Shown: piece after piece, positions 27,401-36,309 of the stretch
Numbering within the stretch: the stretch's first letter is position 1
Layout of the letters: each line of letters begins with the position of its first letter
Assembly: GCA_037132275.1 (NCBI GenBank)
Contig: JBAXPK010000007.1
Coordinates: forward strand, 518 to 64,517
Length of the DNA stretch: 64,000 nucleotides
Source: a bacterium
GTDB lineage: Bacteria; Verrucomicrobiota; Kiritimatiellia; CAIKKV01; CAITUY01
Direction: 5' to 3'
Notes under the pieces: model-generated
Database searches by the model: none
What the model was told of the DNA's origin: nothing
Seen by the model: only the letters and a program-made list of their open reading frames with translations
Translations under genes and position numbers: made by a program

Positions 27401-27614
27401 CGCCATTCCCGATGTGTACACCAAGAAGCTAGCAACGGTTAACCTGGGTCTGACACAGAAGCTTACCAAGACTGTAAGTTGCACCGTCGGTGCCCAGAAC
27501 CTTCTGGATCAGGAGATCCGGGAAGTTTACCGGCTGCCGGATGGCAAGGAGATCCCCAAACGAAGCTACCGCGAAGGGATTCGCTACACCTTCAGCATTT
27601 CAGGAACCTGGTAA
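24384..27614 (+). CDS. TonB-dependent outer-membrane receptor with an N-terminal carboxypeptidase-regulatory-like domain
   Basis: ATG at 24384 gives a signal peptide MSRNPKGWLLAVVLITGLAWALPTCGQ. CarbopepD-like region (IQVVELNKGQVTSEDGHFIVEGLPPGNYTITVSKPGYERHV). Plug domain (ATVRGMSDRYVGVALNGMRVPSSDP). C-terminal aromatic residue (...SISGTW). Confidence 0.75.
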   Translation: MSRNPKGWLLAVVLITGLAWALPTCGQIPFGGIRGSVSDAEFGGPAAQATIQVVELNKGQVTSEDGHFIVEGLPPGNYTITVSKPGYERHVQSAVIVVAGALTDLAIELKGEFTEMEELTVRDLELTDTASETGLLNLRRNTLSFQDSVSKDMMRRAGASDAAGALKLVVGASVVDGKYATVRGMSDRYVGVALNGMRVPSSDPKKRAVQLDIFPSGTIESMTVSKTFTADLPGDYSGGGVNIRTISIPEKPFMKASLSREVNGQFTGKDGFVTYDGSGCSQWGRDQGSRAMPTDLANMTRNPILTSSIIAGGSLPSSFSLHNQLVDADHPQDPVYAEYDRITRSLSPAMGVKFTKVPDGNYGYSLSGGSRKDVGGGWTAGGIGAFTYSDKFTVQDAAEQSYSRAEFGGVNLADNNQFRRQTGSQEVKDSMLASVGLAQGDEQAFGFTWLRTQAATDRASIRNDMTFPNTMPVDAQVDRVQGIQYTERSTDSKQYTWHRKFDPVEVELFGAHNVVRQYDPDTRRFKEQVSRSGPEEWNFIIPQPSSVMSVYNAARIWRDIEEDNTQEGINLNLPFKANDSDGRFKLGALKDMTQRSFTQSAFTYLGVSRFRQKPPADSSDADAQKWYTNDVKSADFKTTSSDPSALWTDTFTADNNIGAGPYQNEMRWYIIPQIGQNNVNYQASQDLPSGYWMLDYPLTSRLKALAGARLEVTDISIDPISAYEAIQPGSYSYSVLTLESGAYSFKPATRADVQTHMQEADWLRSMGLVYELAPKMNLRVNWSQTIARPTIRELAPVLSVDPIENENFVGNPNLKVSHVENDDVRWEWFRKPGEVWAVSWFYKKITDPIEKISFNYYGDPYVVAVNYPEGQVSGMEYEARKDLDFLPGPFGYLHVGANYTRMKSLVVLPDEYANRLKNYDLYPEERDPSDEYVSPFDQFAKGFVFSFFNMEDVGKSKGATRDMEGQPDFLFNFNLGYDIEKWGTSINWFYNIRGDMLKTGAAVADYAIPDVYTKKLATVNLGLTQKLTKTVSCTVGAQNLLDQEIREVYRLPDGKEIPKRSYREGIRYTFSISGTW

Positions 27615-27618
27615 TTCA

Positions 27619-28545
27619 ATGAAGAAGGACGGCATCAACAAAGGACTGAAGCAGAGCTGGGCATGGGCGCTGATCTCGGCGCTTTTTGTCATGCCTGTCG
27701 CGGACGCGGCGGAGCCCGGCCCCGGGGAGTCCGGAGTTGCCCAGCCACCTGTCTCCGCCATGGTTGCGTCGGCGCCGGGCTGGTGGGGTGCAATGGCCCG
27801 GCAACCATGGGCGAAGCGATTGGCCCGCATGTGGACCGGCGAGGAGCCGGATGATGCCAGCAGTGCGGTGATGGGTGGGCGCATGGGTGCTTTCCTGGAT
27901 GTGGTTGAACAGGGCAACTTGTTTCACATTTTCCGGAAAGGAGGGCCGATCATGTGGCCCCTGTTTTGCGCCGCGCTTTTGTCCTTGGGCACCGTTTTGG
28001 AACGGGCCGGTTTTTTCACCTTGGAGCGTTTTCGCAGGAATGCCGCCGAGCAACGGAAATTCATGGCGGCGCTCAGGGATGGGAGCATCGAGCAGGCGGC
28101 CGCGATTAGTGCTGGCAGTCGCTTCTATGTAGTGCGTGTGCTCGGTTACGCAGTGTCCCATTCAGGATCCGCCTTGGAAGGGGCGATACAATATGCCAAG
28201 GAACGTGAACTGCACCGGTATCGCCGGGGCATCCCCATGCTGGATACGGTGATCACCCTGGCGCCGCTGCTCGGTTTGCTGGGCACGGTGACGGGTATGA
28301 TGGCGTCATTTTCACTGATCGGTGGCGAACTGGGCGCCCCGGGGGCGATCACGGGCGGGATTGCCGAGGCCCTGATTGCCACCGCGTTCGGACTGGGTAT
28401 TGCGATTACCAGCTTGATTCCCTTCAATTTGATGAATCAGAAACTGGAGACCGCAACCCAGGAGATTGATGAAGCCGCCAGTGCGATGATGATCCTGCTC
28501 GCGGGGCGGATGGGGTTCCCTCATGGGCAAGGAGGCGTCGCATGA
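27619..28545 (+). CDS. exbB: MotA/TolQ/ExbB proton-channel protein (ExbB paralog 1)
   Basis: GPIMWPLFCAALLSLGTVLER...LDTVITLAPLLGLLGTVTGMMASFSLIG...GGIAEALIATAFGLGIAI. Signal-like N-terminal periplasmic extension. Confidence 0.75.
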   Translation: MKKDGINKGLKQSWAWALISALFVMPVADAAEPGPGESGVAQPPVSAMVASAPGWWGAMARQPWAKRLARMWTGEEPDDASSAVMGGRMGAFLDVVEQGNLFHIFRKGGPIMWPLFCAALLSLGTVLERAGFFTLERFRRNAAEQRKFMAALRDGSIEQAAAISAGSRFYVVRVLGYAVSHSGSALEGAIQYAKERELHRYRRGIPMLDTVITLAPLLGLLGTVTGMMASFSLIGGELGAPGAITGGIAEALIATAFGLGIAITSLIPFNLMNQKLETATQEIDEAASAMMILLAGRMGFPHGQGGVA

Positions 28546-29246
28546 TCGGGCGCGTGTTGGGATTCATCTTCGGTATCTCGATTCTTGCAGGTGTGTTGCT
28601 GTTCGGGGGCCTGCTCATGCCCCAGGGCAAAAAGAACGCCCACATTAAAAACGTCGAACTGCTTTCAGGGGACATGCAAAAGGAAGAAAAGAAGGTGGAG
28701 CAGCCTCCGCCTGAAAAACCGCCGGAGGAACTGCAGGCTCAAAAGGATCAGCCGCCGGAGATCAGCGAGGTTACGGCCGCTCCCCAGATGTCCGATAATA
28801 CCCCGGCACTGGACGCCGCAAGCCTGAGTTCCATCATGTCGGCGCTGAATCCCGGGAGCGGAGGCGGCGAATTCGGGTCGTCCGTTAACCTAGCCTCAGG
28901 CGGCCGCATCGGGGGAACCGGTAAGGCTGGCAGCCAGGCAAGCGAGGGCCTGGACAAGGCTTTCGGTATGGACGATATCGATCAGAAGCCACGGGTCATT
29001 GTCCAGACGCCCCCAGCGTATCCGGCCGAGTTGCGGGGCAAGAAAATGGGAGGCGTTGTGCAGGTTGCCTTTGTCGTGACGACGACAGGTCAGGTCTTCA
29101 ATCCGCGTGTGGAGACTGCCTCCCATCCGGCCTTCGGGGCGCCGGCTCTAGCTGCCGTGCGACAGTGGAGGTTCGAGCCCGCCGTCAGGGGCGGGACCAG
29201 AGTGAAATGCCGGATGCGGGTTCCGATCAAATTTCAGGCGGGGTAG
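28542..29246 (+). CDS. tonB: Energy transducer TonB
   Basis: N-terminal TM, Pro/Glu/Lys-rich spacer (EQPPPEKPPEELQAQKDQPPE), and a C-terminal TonB domain (PPAYPAELRGKKMGGVVQVAFVVTTTGQVFNPRVETAS...AVRQWRFEPA). Confidence 0.8.
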   Translation: MIGRVLGFIFGISILAGVLLFGGLLMPQGKKNAHIKNVELLSGDMQKEEKKVEQPPPEKPPEELQAQKDQPPEISEVTAAPQMSDNTPALDAASLSSIMSALNPGSGGGEFGSSVNLASGGRIGGTGKAGSQASEGLDKAFGMDDIDQKPRVIVQTPPAYPAELRGKKMGGVVQVAFVVTTTGQVFNPRVETASHPAFGAPALAAVRQWRFEPAVRGGTRVKCRMRVPIKFQAG

Positions 29247-29249
29247 TTC

Positions 29250-30656
29250 ATGAAGACCATCAAACACTATTACTGGCTTGGCTTGGCTGTTGCCCTGTGG
29301 GGCGCGGCTACGCTTTCCGTTCAGGGAGTTCCGTCAACGGCAACGAATGCGGCGCCCCCCTCCGCGGCGATCGCGGCCTTGTGGAAGGATCCCGTGTTCC
29401 AGAAACAATTCGTCGGGAGCTACGGGATCTCGGCGGAACTCGAGCCCCGGGTGACGCCGGAGGAAGTGGCGCTTCTGGAGCGTCTCCGCCCATTGATGGG
29501 GACGAATCTTCGCGCGGCGGCCAAGTTGTTGGAGAGTGAAATCAAGCCAAATTCCTCGGCGATGCTGGATTTCAACCTGGGCAGTATCTATTTCCAGCAG
29601 GACCAGATGGACAAGGCGGCGCGGCGCTATCGCCGCGCCGTGGAGAAATTCCCCTCCTTCCGCCGGGCGTACCGCAATTTGGGCATGATCCAGGTGCGTG
29701 ACGGGAAATACGACGAGGCCATTGCGAGCTTCACCCGGATGATTGAATTGGGCGGTGGCGACGCCTATTCCTATGGTCTTCTGGCATTCGCGTATGCGGC
29801 GAAGGATGACTATCTGGCGGCCGAAGCGGCGTATCGCAATGCCTTGCTGCTCCAGCCCGACAACACGGAATGGCGACTGGGGCTGACCCGGTGTGTATTC
29901 AAGCAGCAGAAATTCGAGGATGCCGTCTCGCTTCTCGACGTGCTGATCCAGCACTATCCGGAGAAGCCGGAATTCTGGCTCCTGCAGGCCAATGCGTATC
30001 TTGGTCTGAAACGGCCGTTGAAGGCGGCGGTCAATCTGGAATGTCTGGATCGCATGCAGAAAGCCTCGCCCGAAAACATGGTTCTGCTGGGGGACTTGTA
30101 TCTGGGCGAGGATTTGGCGGATCTGGCAGCACAAGCCTACGGGTTGGGCCTGTCGGGGGAGCCCGCCTTACCTACGGCCCGTGTAATCCGGTGCGCCCAA
30201 CAACTGGCAGCCAAGGGCGCCTTCGGGCAGGCGAGGTTCGTCGCCGCCCGTCTTCGTGCCCTGCGCGAGAAATCGCTGGAGCCCGCAGACCGTGCACAAT
30301 TGGCCAAACTCGATGCGCGCATTGCCTTGGCGCGTGGGGATGAGGGGCCCGAGTTGGTGCGGGCGCTGGAGGAGACCCTCAAGTTGAACCCTCTGGATGG
30401 CGACGCCCTGATGCTGATGGCCCAATATTTTTCACGCAAGAATGAATCGGAACGAGCCGTCCTGAACTATGAACGTGCGGCCGAAATCCCGGAGTTTGAG
30501 GTGCAGGCCCGGACGCGGCATGCGCAGTTGCTGGTCGGCCTGGGTCGGTTTAACGATGCGCTGCCTCTGCTCCGGCGGGTACAGGAAGTGAAACCGCGCG
30601 AGGAGATTGCCCGTTACCTCGAGCAAATCGAACGTATTGCAAGGAGTAAACGATGA
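29250..30656 (+). CDS. Secreted TPR-repeat protein (TtpD-like)
   Basis: Signal peptide plus multiple TPR-like 34-aa repeats (AYRNLGMIQVRDGKYDEAIASFTRMIEL...). Confidence 0.65.
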   Translation: MKTIKHYYWLGLAVALWGAATLSVQGVPSTATNAAPPSAAIAALWKDPVFQKQFVGSYGISAELEPRVTPEEVALLERLRPLMGTNLRAAAKLLESEIKPNSSAMLDFNLGSIYFQQDQMDKAARRYRRAVEKFPSFRRAYRNLGMIQVRDGKYDEAIASFTRMIELGGGDAYSYGLLAFAYAAKDDYLAAEAAYRNALLLQPDNTEWRLGLTRCVFKQQKFEDAVSLLDVLIQHYPEKPEFWLLQANAYLGLKRPLKAAVNLECLDRMQKASPENMVLLGDLYLGEDLADLAAQAYGLGLSGEPALPTARVIRCAQQLAAKGAFGQARFVAARLRALREKSLEPADRAQLAKLDARIALARGDEGPELVRALEETLKLNPLDGDALMLMAQYFSRKNESERAVLNYERAAEIPEFEVQARTRHAQLLVGLGRFNDALPLLRRVQEVKPREEIARYLEQIERIARSKR

Positions 30657-31441
30657 CGTCAAAGAGAGCTTTGATTATGGCGGCTTTATGCGGCTCTGCC
30701 CTTTGGGCGGCGGCTGGCGCACCGCCGGGTGCGGGGGCGCCGCCCGAGGGTCCGGCCTTGGCGGAGACTAGGCTGGTTCTTGATAAGTGGATCGAGACGC
30801 AGCAGGTTATCGCCCGGGAGCGCAAGGACTGGCAGCAGGGCAAGGATATGCTGGAGTCACGCCTGGAACTGGCGCGCAAGGAGGCCGCGACCATTGACGA
30901 GAAACTCAAGCAGGTCGAGGCGGCCTCGGCGGTGGCAGCCAAACAGCGGGCGGCCATCCAGGAGGACATCACAAGACTCAAACACTCCTCTGAACGTCTG
31001 TCCTCCGCCGCTTACCGTTTGGAAGCCAACATCAGGTTGTCGTTCCCGATGCTGCCCGATCCCGTGCAGACCAAACTCAAGCCGCTGTATGACCGCATCC
31101 CGCTCCATGGCGCCACGACCAAGGTGACCGCAGCCGAGCGGTTCCAGAACGTGTTGGGCATCCTGAGCGAGGCGATGAAGGCCAACAACGAAATCCCCGT
31201 GGTGTTTGAGGTTCGTACCCTTGCGAACGGGAAACCGGCCGAAGTCCGAGTGCTCTATGTGGGGCTGGGTCAGGCCTACTATCTGAGCACGGCAGGGGAG
31301 GCCGGTATCGGCCGGCCCTCCACCAACGGTTGGGTTTGGGAAGCCTCCGACGGAATTGCGCGGGAAGTGCTCAAGGCAATTGAAATACAGGAAGGCAAGC
31401 GCCCGCCCGCCTTCGTTTCCCTGCCGGTGGTGCTTAAATGA
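30653..31441 (+). CDS. DUF3450-like coiled-coil periplasmic protein (TonB-system accessory, TtpB-like)
   Basis: Signal peptide, long coiled-coil, and conserved position in Ttp/TonB2-type clusters between the TPR protein and the large ExbB homolog. ATGA overlaps with both neighbours. Confidence 0.45.
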   Translation: MTSKRALIMAALCGSALWAAAGAPPGAGAPPEGPALAETRLVLDKWIETQQVIARERKDWQQGKDMLESRLELARKEAATIDEKLKQVEAASAVAAKQRAAIQEDITRLKHSSERLSSAAYRLEANIRLSFPMLPDPVQTKLKPLYDRIPLHGATTKVTAAERFQNVLGILSEAMKANNEIPVVFEVRTLANGKPAEVRVLYVGLGQAYYLSTAGEAGIGRPSTNGWVWEASDGIAREVLKAIEIQEGKRPPAFVSLPVVLK

Positions 31442-32868
31442 AAATGATCTTCACAGGAATGATACTACTGGCTTGGACGCTGACGGCGGCGGAGCCCGCT
31501 CCCGGTCCGACGGCCTCTCCGGCCTTGAAAGGGCTGGCCCAGTCGGCCCAGGCGGAATTGGAGCGCGCCACCCGCGAACTCAACGAGTTGAGGGACGAGA
31601 TCGCGACGGCGAAAGTCCCCCTGGCCGAAGAGCTGGCGAAATGGGAGGACAACCTCGTGCAGGGCCGACGCAAACTGGATCAGGCCCAAAAGATGGCTGA
31701 TTCGGGAACTATGGAAATGGTCGCGCTCAAGGCGGAGCAGAAGTCACGTGAGGACGAGTTGGCATACATCGCCAATTTGCTGGACGAGTATGCCCGAACC
31801 TGCGAGACCAAGGCTTCAATTACCGAACTGCAGGTGCTGGCCTCGGCCTTGGAGGCCGCAAAACAGGCTCCCAACAATCCGACCCTTTCTTCAGACGACC
31901 GGTTTGACCGCCAGGTGGCCGTGGCCGATTTGACCTGTACCCGGCTGGCCGAGGCGATTGGCGGAGCGCGTTTTGGCGGCACTGCGGTGGGTCCGGACGG
32001 GACGGTTGAGGAGGGGCAGTTCCTTACGGTTGGCCCGGCGGCGATGTTTGGTTCGACAAACGGTTCATTGGCCGGGGTTGTGCTCCCGCAACCGGGCTCC
32101 TCAAAGCCCATGGTCCGCCCTTTGGAAGGTGAGCTGCAGACCGGTCTGGCTGGACTCATCGCTACCGGCAAGGGTGCTCTGCCGGTGGATCCGTCGCGCG
32201 GCGGCGCCTTGAAGGCGCTGGTCCATAAATTCGACATTGTAGAGGTTTTTAAAAAAGGGGGCCCGATCATGTGGCCGCTGTTGGTGGCGGCCGCCCTGTC
32301 ACTCCTGACTGTCGTTGAGCGCCTCATCTTTTTGACGCTCGAGCAAAGCCGCCGCAATCCGCAGGCCGTCCAGCGGTTTCTTGAGGCCGTGACCGACGGC
32401 GACTTCGAACGGGCGCTCGCCGTCGGGGGGAAATCGCGTTTCTTTGTGCTGAGGGCGCTGGCCTATGCGCTCGAACACCGCGAGAAGTCCATTTCGAATG
32501 CGCTGCTGTTCTCCCAATCACGTGAAATGCGGCGCTACCGCCGCGGGATTCCCGTTCTGGACACGGTCATCACGCTCGCTCCGCTGCTGGGCTTGCTGGG
32601 CACGGTGACGGGCATGATGGGATCCTTTGCCCTGATCGGCGGCGAGCTCAGCGCCCCCGGGGCGATCACGGGAGGTATCGCCGAGGCGTTGATCGCGACC
32701 GCGTTCGGCCTTGGCATCGCCATCACGAGTCTCATCCCTTTTAACATGTTGAATGCGCGCATGGAAGAAGCCCGGCAGGAAATGGAGGCGGCGGCCATCC
32801 AGCTGGAATTGCTCGTGAACCGCCCGGCAGGCCCGTTGGAGGCCATGGGCCAACATCAGACTAATTAA
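31438..32868 (+). CDS. Large MotA/TolQ/ExbB-family protein with a periplasmic N-terminal extension (TtpC-like, ExbB paralog 2)
   Basis: 476 aa. C-terminal channel domain (GPIMWPLLVAAALSLLTVVER...LDTVITLAPLLGLLGTVTGMMGSFALIG...) is near-identical in motif content to paralog 1. An N-terminal coiled-coil of about 250 aa follows a signal peptide. Confidence 0.7.
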   Translation: MKMIFTGMILLAWTLTAAEPAPGPTASPALKGLAQSAQAELERATRELNELRDEIATAKVPLAEELAKWEDNLVQGRRKLDQAQKMADSGTMEMVALKAEQKSREDELAYIANLLDEYARTCETKASITELQVLASALEAAKQAPNNPTLSSDDRFDRQVAVADLTCTRLAEAIGGARFGGTAVGPDGTVEEGQFLTVGPAAMFGSTNGSLAGVVLPQPGSSKPMVRPLEGELQTGLAGLIATGKGALPVDPSRGGALKALVHKFDIVEVFKKGGPIMWPLLVAAALSLLTVVERLIFLTLEQSRRNPQAVQRFLEAVTDGDFERALAVGGKSRFFVLRALAYALEHREKSISNALLFSQSREMRRYRRGIPVLDTVITLAPLLGLLGTVTGMMGSFALIGGELSAPGAITGGIAEALIATAFGLGIAITSLIPFNMLNARMEEARQEMEAAAIQLELLVNRPAGPLEAMGQHQTN

Positions 32869-32881
32869 GGAGAATGAATCG

Positions 32882-33304
32882 ATGCATGGCGGTGGAGGCG
32901 GTGGACCAGGGAAAAAGGCACGGATCGAGATCATCCCGCTGATCGACATCATATTCTTTTTGCTGGCCACCTTTATCATGGTCTCGCTGTCCATGACCCA
33001 GAATCAGGGCGTTTCGGTGGCGTTGCCGAGCGCGGCTTCGGCGGCCTCGTTGGGCGACCAGCAGGAAATGCAAAAGTCAGTCACCCTGAGTGTCACGGAA
33101 AAAGGCGAGGTGTTCTACAACAAGGAAAAGATTTCGATCGCGCAGTTGCCGATGCGGCTGCAGAACTACAAGACCACCAGCAAAGACCCCAAGGTGATTG
33201 TCAACGCCGATGCGGGGGCGAATTTCAAAAATGTGGTGGCAGTTCTGGATGAAGCCCGAAAGTGCGGGATCGCCAAAGTGGGGATAAACACGGACAAAAA
33301 ATAG
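32882..33304 (+). CDS. exbD: Biopolymer transport protein ExbD/TolR
   Basis: IEIIPLIDIIFFLLATFIMVSLSM...VALPSA, with a periplasmic C-terminal domain. Confidence 0.8.
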   Translation: MHGGGGGGPGKKARIEIIPLIDIIFFLLATFIMVSLSMTQNQGVSVALPSAASAASLGDQQEMQKSVTLSVTEKGEVFYNKEKISIAQLPMRLQNYKTTSKDPKVIVNADAGANFKNVVAVLDEARKCGIAKVGINTDKK

Positions 33305-33373
33305 CAATCAAGGATGAAAAGGAGAACACGGATGAAAAAGGCAGGAAACAGAGAAGTTAAAACAGGAGGAGCA

Positions 33374-34282
33374 ATGAATAAGATTATCTGGATGACCATG
33401 ATAGTGGCCGGTGGAGTCAGTCTCTGCCCGGCACAGGAGAAGACAAAACTGGATGCAGGCGGTGACTCCATGATTGCCGAGGCGTCGCAGGAGGCGGCGA
33501 CCCCCTGGCGCGTGTCGGGCGGGCTGTTGTACAAGAACTGGCTTTACGAGCATGATGCCCTGCAACAGCGGGGACCCACCACGGCCAAGGGGGGGGAGGA
33601 CTGGGAAAATGGAAGCACCTCCGGGAACGGGTCGGGATTGCAGTTGAAAATGGGACGCGGGGATGGGGTCTTGGACGTGTCCTTTGTCAAGTCCGACCTC
33701 AGGTACGAGTTCAGTAAGCCCAAGTACAAGCAGACTATCGATACCGTGTCGCGTGATTTTGAAGTGACGTGGTCACAAATCACCGGCCGCAACAACCAGG
33801 CCGAGTACGGGACGGTCATGGGGTTCCGTTATCTAGGGATGCAAAAGAACGACACCGCCGTGGAAAACGGAGTGTCCGGGGAGATGAGTAATGGCAATGT
33901 GAACTGGATGATGCTGGAGGGTGGATACACCGGCAACTGGCGGCCTTTTGATACGCCGACATTCCAGGCGCACGGTTCGATCCTGTTCTTCCTGGGCGAG
34001 GCGTCGGGAACCGCCCGCAGCGGCATGGACACGAATGTGACTGATGGCGTCTTTTCAGAAACCTATAGCGACCAGTACTCCCTGGCCTACGGCGGTCGCG
34101 CCTCGTTTGGCGTGGATGTTTCCATTACCAAGAGGGTCTGGGTGTCAATCGACTACATGCGCGAGTGGTTGTATTCGTTCGACGCCACGGACACCGGGAT
34201 CGTGGTTTTCCCGGATAACAGTGATGCGCTGTTCATTGAGAATCATCATGCGGTTATGGCAAGCCTGAACTACGTGTTCTAG
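33374..34282 (+). CDS. Outer-membrane beta-barrel protein (porin-like)
   Basis: RBS AGGAGGA and signal peptide MNKIIWMTMIVAGGVSLCPAQE. Alternating hydrophobic beta-strand pattern. C-terminal ...SLNYVF. Confidence 0.5.
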   Translation: MNKIIWMTMIVAGGVSLCPAQEKTKLDAGGDSMIAEASQEAATPWRVSGGLLYKNWLYEHDALQQRGPTTAKGGEDWENGSTSGNGSGLQLKMGRGDGVLDVSFVKSDLRYEFSKPKYKQTIDTVSRDFEVTWSQITGRNNQAEYGTVMGFRYLGMQKNDTAVENGVSGEMSNGNVNWMMLEGGYTGNWRPFDTPTFQAHGSILFFLGEASGTARSGMDTNVTDGVFSETYSDQYSLAYGGRASFGVDVSITKRVWVSIDYMREWLYSFDATDTGIVVFPDNSDALFIENHHAVMASLNYVF

Positions 34283-34313
34283 TGTGCCCTGGGGCAAACA
34301 CGGGAGATATATT

Positions 34314-34949
34314 ATGCATACAGGCGCCTCAAGGTGGCGGCAGGGAATGGCTGCGGTCTGCTTGACCGGCCTCATGGCCGGTTGTGCTACAACGGGAACC
34401 ACCGTCGTCTCGAAAACCGAGGGAGGGCGTGTTGCGGAGGGGCAACGCCTCCTTGTGGTATCGCAACTGGCCTCGCTGGACGAAGCCTGGGCCGGGGCTT
34501 TCGCGAAGGCTATCGTTTCCGAACTCAGGAAGGTCGGCTCGCCAGCCCAGATTCAAAGTCGATCCCCCCTGGCACTGCAGAGCGACAAGGTCCGGTATGC
34601 GGATCAGATTGCGGAGTTCAAGCCGGATCTGGTTCTGGTCATCGAACCCGGCGATGGAATGGTTGACGCCCGGGGGAGAAGTTTCAAGCGAACGTTTGAG
34701 GCTGGAGTATTCCGGAATTATGCCGAACGGGGCCGTCGTGATTTGTCCTGGCGAGGCAAGATCGTGCTTGAGCCGGCGGGGGCGTTTGTCACGGCCGATG
34801 ACATGCCCGCCTTGGCCCGGGATTTGGTGGCCAGGATGATGGCTGACGGAGTGCTTCCGAAACCGAGACGAATCGTTATTATTTCGACCCCGGTGACTTC
34901 AAAGGCGACTGCCGTGCGCCCTGAATCCACGAGAGGCTTTGGTCGTTAA
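34314..34949 (+). CDS. Hypothetical lipoprotein
   Basis: Lipobox LTGLMAGCATTG. No recognisable domain. Confidence 0.4.
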   Translation: MHTGASRWRQGMAAVCLTGLMAGCATTGTTVVSKTEGGRVAEGQRLLVVSQLASLDEAWAGAFAKAIVSELRKVGSPAQIQSRSPLALQSDKVRYADQIAEFKPDLVLVIEPGDGMVDARGRSFKRTFEAGVFRNYAERGRRDLSWRGKIVLEPAGAFVTADDMPALARDLVARMMADGVLPKPRRIVIISTPVTSKATAVRPESTRGFGR

Positions 34950-35121
34950 GCTGATTCAGAAGTAACACCCTGCTAATTGTTTTCAAATCCAGCATTCGTT
35001 TACTCTGTCCGCAGTGAGTCATGGAGCGCGGATCAGGGATGATGCGCGTGGCGTAATGGGTTGTGATGAGGCGTCCGGCGTTGCGTTGCGGGCGCGTGGA
35101 AATTATGGAGGATTGAACGAA

Positions 35122-36300
35122 GTGAACAATCGTGACCGAATACATCAACATCGCCTATCCACCGCCGTCGTGTGTGTCGGCCTTGCCATGGGATTGACGT
35201 TTTGCTCTTCCTGCAGCACTCCACCAGCGGCGGACGATGGGATTGTAGGTATTATCTACAACGCAGCGGTTCGTCCCGACACCGGACATATGGTCGGGAA
35301 ACCCATGGTGACGCAACCGACTCCGGCAGTTGCCGTGCAGGGTACGGTCACCCCGGATTCTCCGGTGACGACCAGTTCCCCGGCAAGCGGGTCCTCGACG
35401 AATAGCTCGCTCGAAGGACAATATTGCTACCGAATATCCCCCGGGGATGTGCTTGCCATTTCCTATTTTGCGCACCCCTTGATCGACCTGAAAGAATACC
35501 TGATCGACAGCCAGGACGTCCTGACGATTACGGTGGCCGGGCAGGATGCCCGCACGGCGGATGTGGTGGTGCGGCCCGACGGAAATATTTCCTTCTATCT
35601 GATCGGCGACGTATCCGCGCGGGGCCTGTCTGTGTCCCAGGTGCGTGAAGAGATCACCAAGCGGATGGCCAAGTTCATGCCGGCGGCTGAAGTCACGGTT
35701 ATGCTCAAGGTGGCCAATGCCCTTACCAGTGAATTTCTCAACACGCTCAGGAGTAATACAGACTTGGGCGCGACGCGCATTATACAGGTTCGGTCGGATG
35801 GCACGGTGACCTTTCCGTTGGTCGGAGAAGTCCGCGCCATGGGGAAAACCCTCCCCGAACTATCTCGAGAGGTTGAAAAGAAGTACGACCTGTTGTTCAG
35901 GCGAGGCATTTCGGTGAGCCTGAACCTGAATTCCAGTTCGGTCGGGAACATCGCCGTCCTGGGAGAGGTGCAGAATCCAGGACGTTACACGATCAGCAGC
36001 CCGGTCAGCCCGTTCTTCGCCTTGGCCATGGCGGGTGGCGCCAAGGAAACCGGCAGGAAATCGCAGGTCGTGGTTGTGAGCCGCCGTCCGGATGGCAAGG
36101 TGGGTTGGACGGTGGTCAATCTTGATATTGACTCCGGCCAGCCGCTCGGCCCGGAAATCGCCCTCGCTCCCCAGGACATGCTGTTGGTGCCCAAGACCGG
36201 GGTATACAGCCTGAATCTATTTGTGGAACAGTATATTCGCAGGATGATGCCAGTGAACACAAGCATGGGCTTCGGCTACAATCTAAACCATGTATTCTAG
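35122..36300 (+). CDS. Polysaccharide export outer-membrane protein (Wza-like)
   Basis: GTG start after a GGAGG RBS. Poly_export/SLBB features (YRISPGDVLAISYF...VRPDGNISFYLIGDVSARGLSVSQVREEITKRMAKF...QVRSDGTVTFPLVGEVRAMGKTLPEL). Confidence 0.75.
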   Translation: MNNRDRIHQHRLSTAVVCVGLAMGLTFCSSCSTPPAADDGIVGIIYNAAVRPDTGHMVGKPMVTQPTPAVAVQGTVTPDSPVTTSSPASGSSTNSSLEGQYCYRISPGDVLAISYFAHPLIDLKEYLIDSQDVLTITVAGQDARTADVVVRPDGNISFYLIGDVSARGLSVSQVREEITKRMAKFMPAAEVTVMLKVANALTSEFLNTLRSNTDLGATRIIQVRSDGTVTFPLVGEVRAMGKTLPELSREVEKKYDLLFRRGISVSLNLNSSSVGNIAVLGEVQNPGRYTISSPVSPFFALAMAGGAKETGRKSQVVVVSRRPDGKVGWTVVNLDIDSGQPLGPEIALAPQDMLLVPKTGVYSLNLFVEQYIRRMMPVNTSMGFGYNLNHVF

Positions 36301-36309
36301 GAGAATCTC

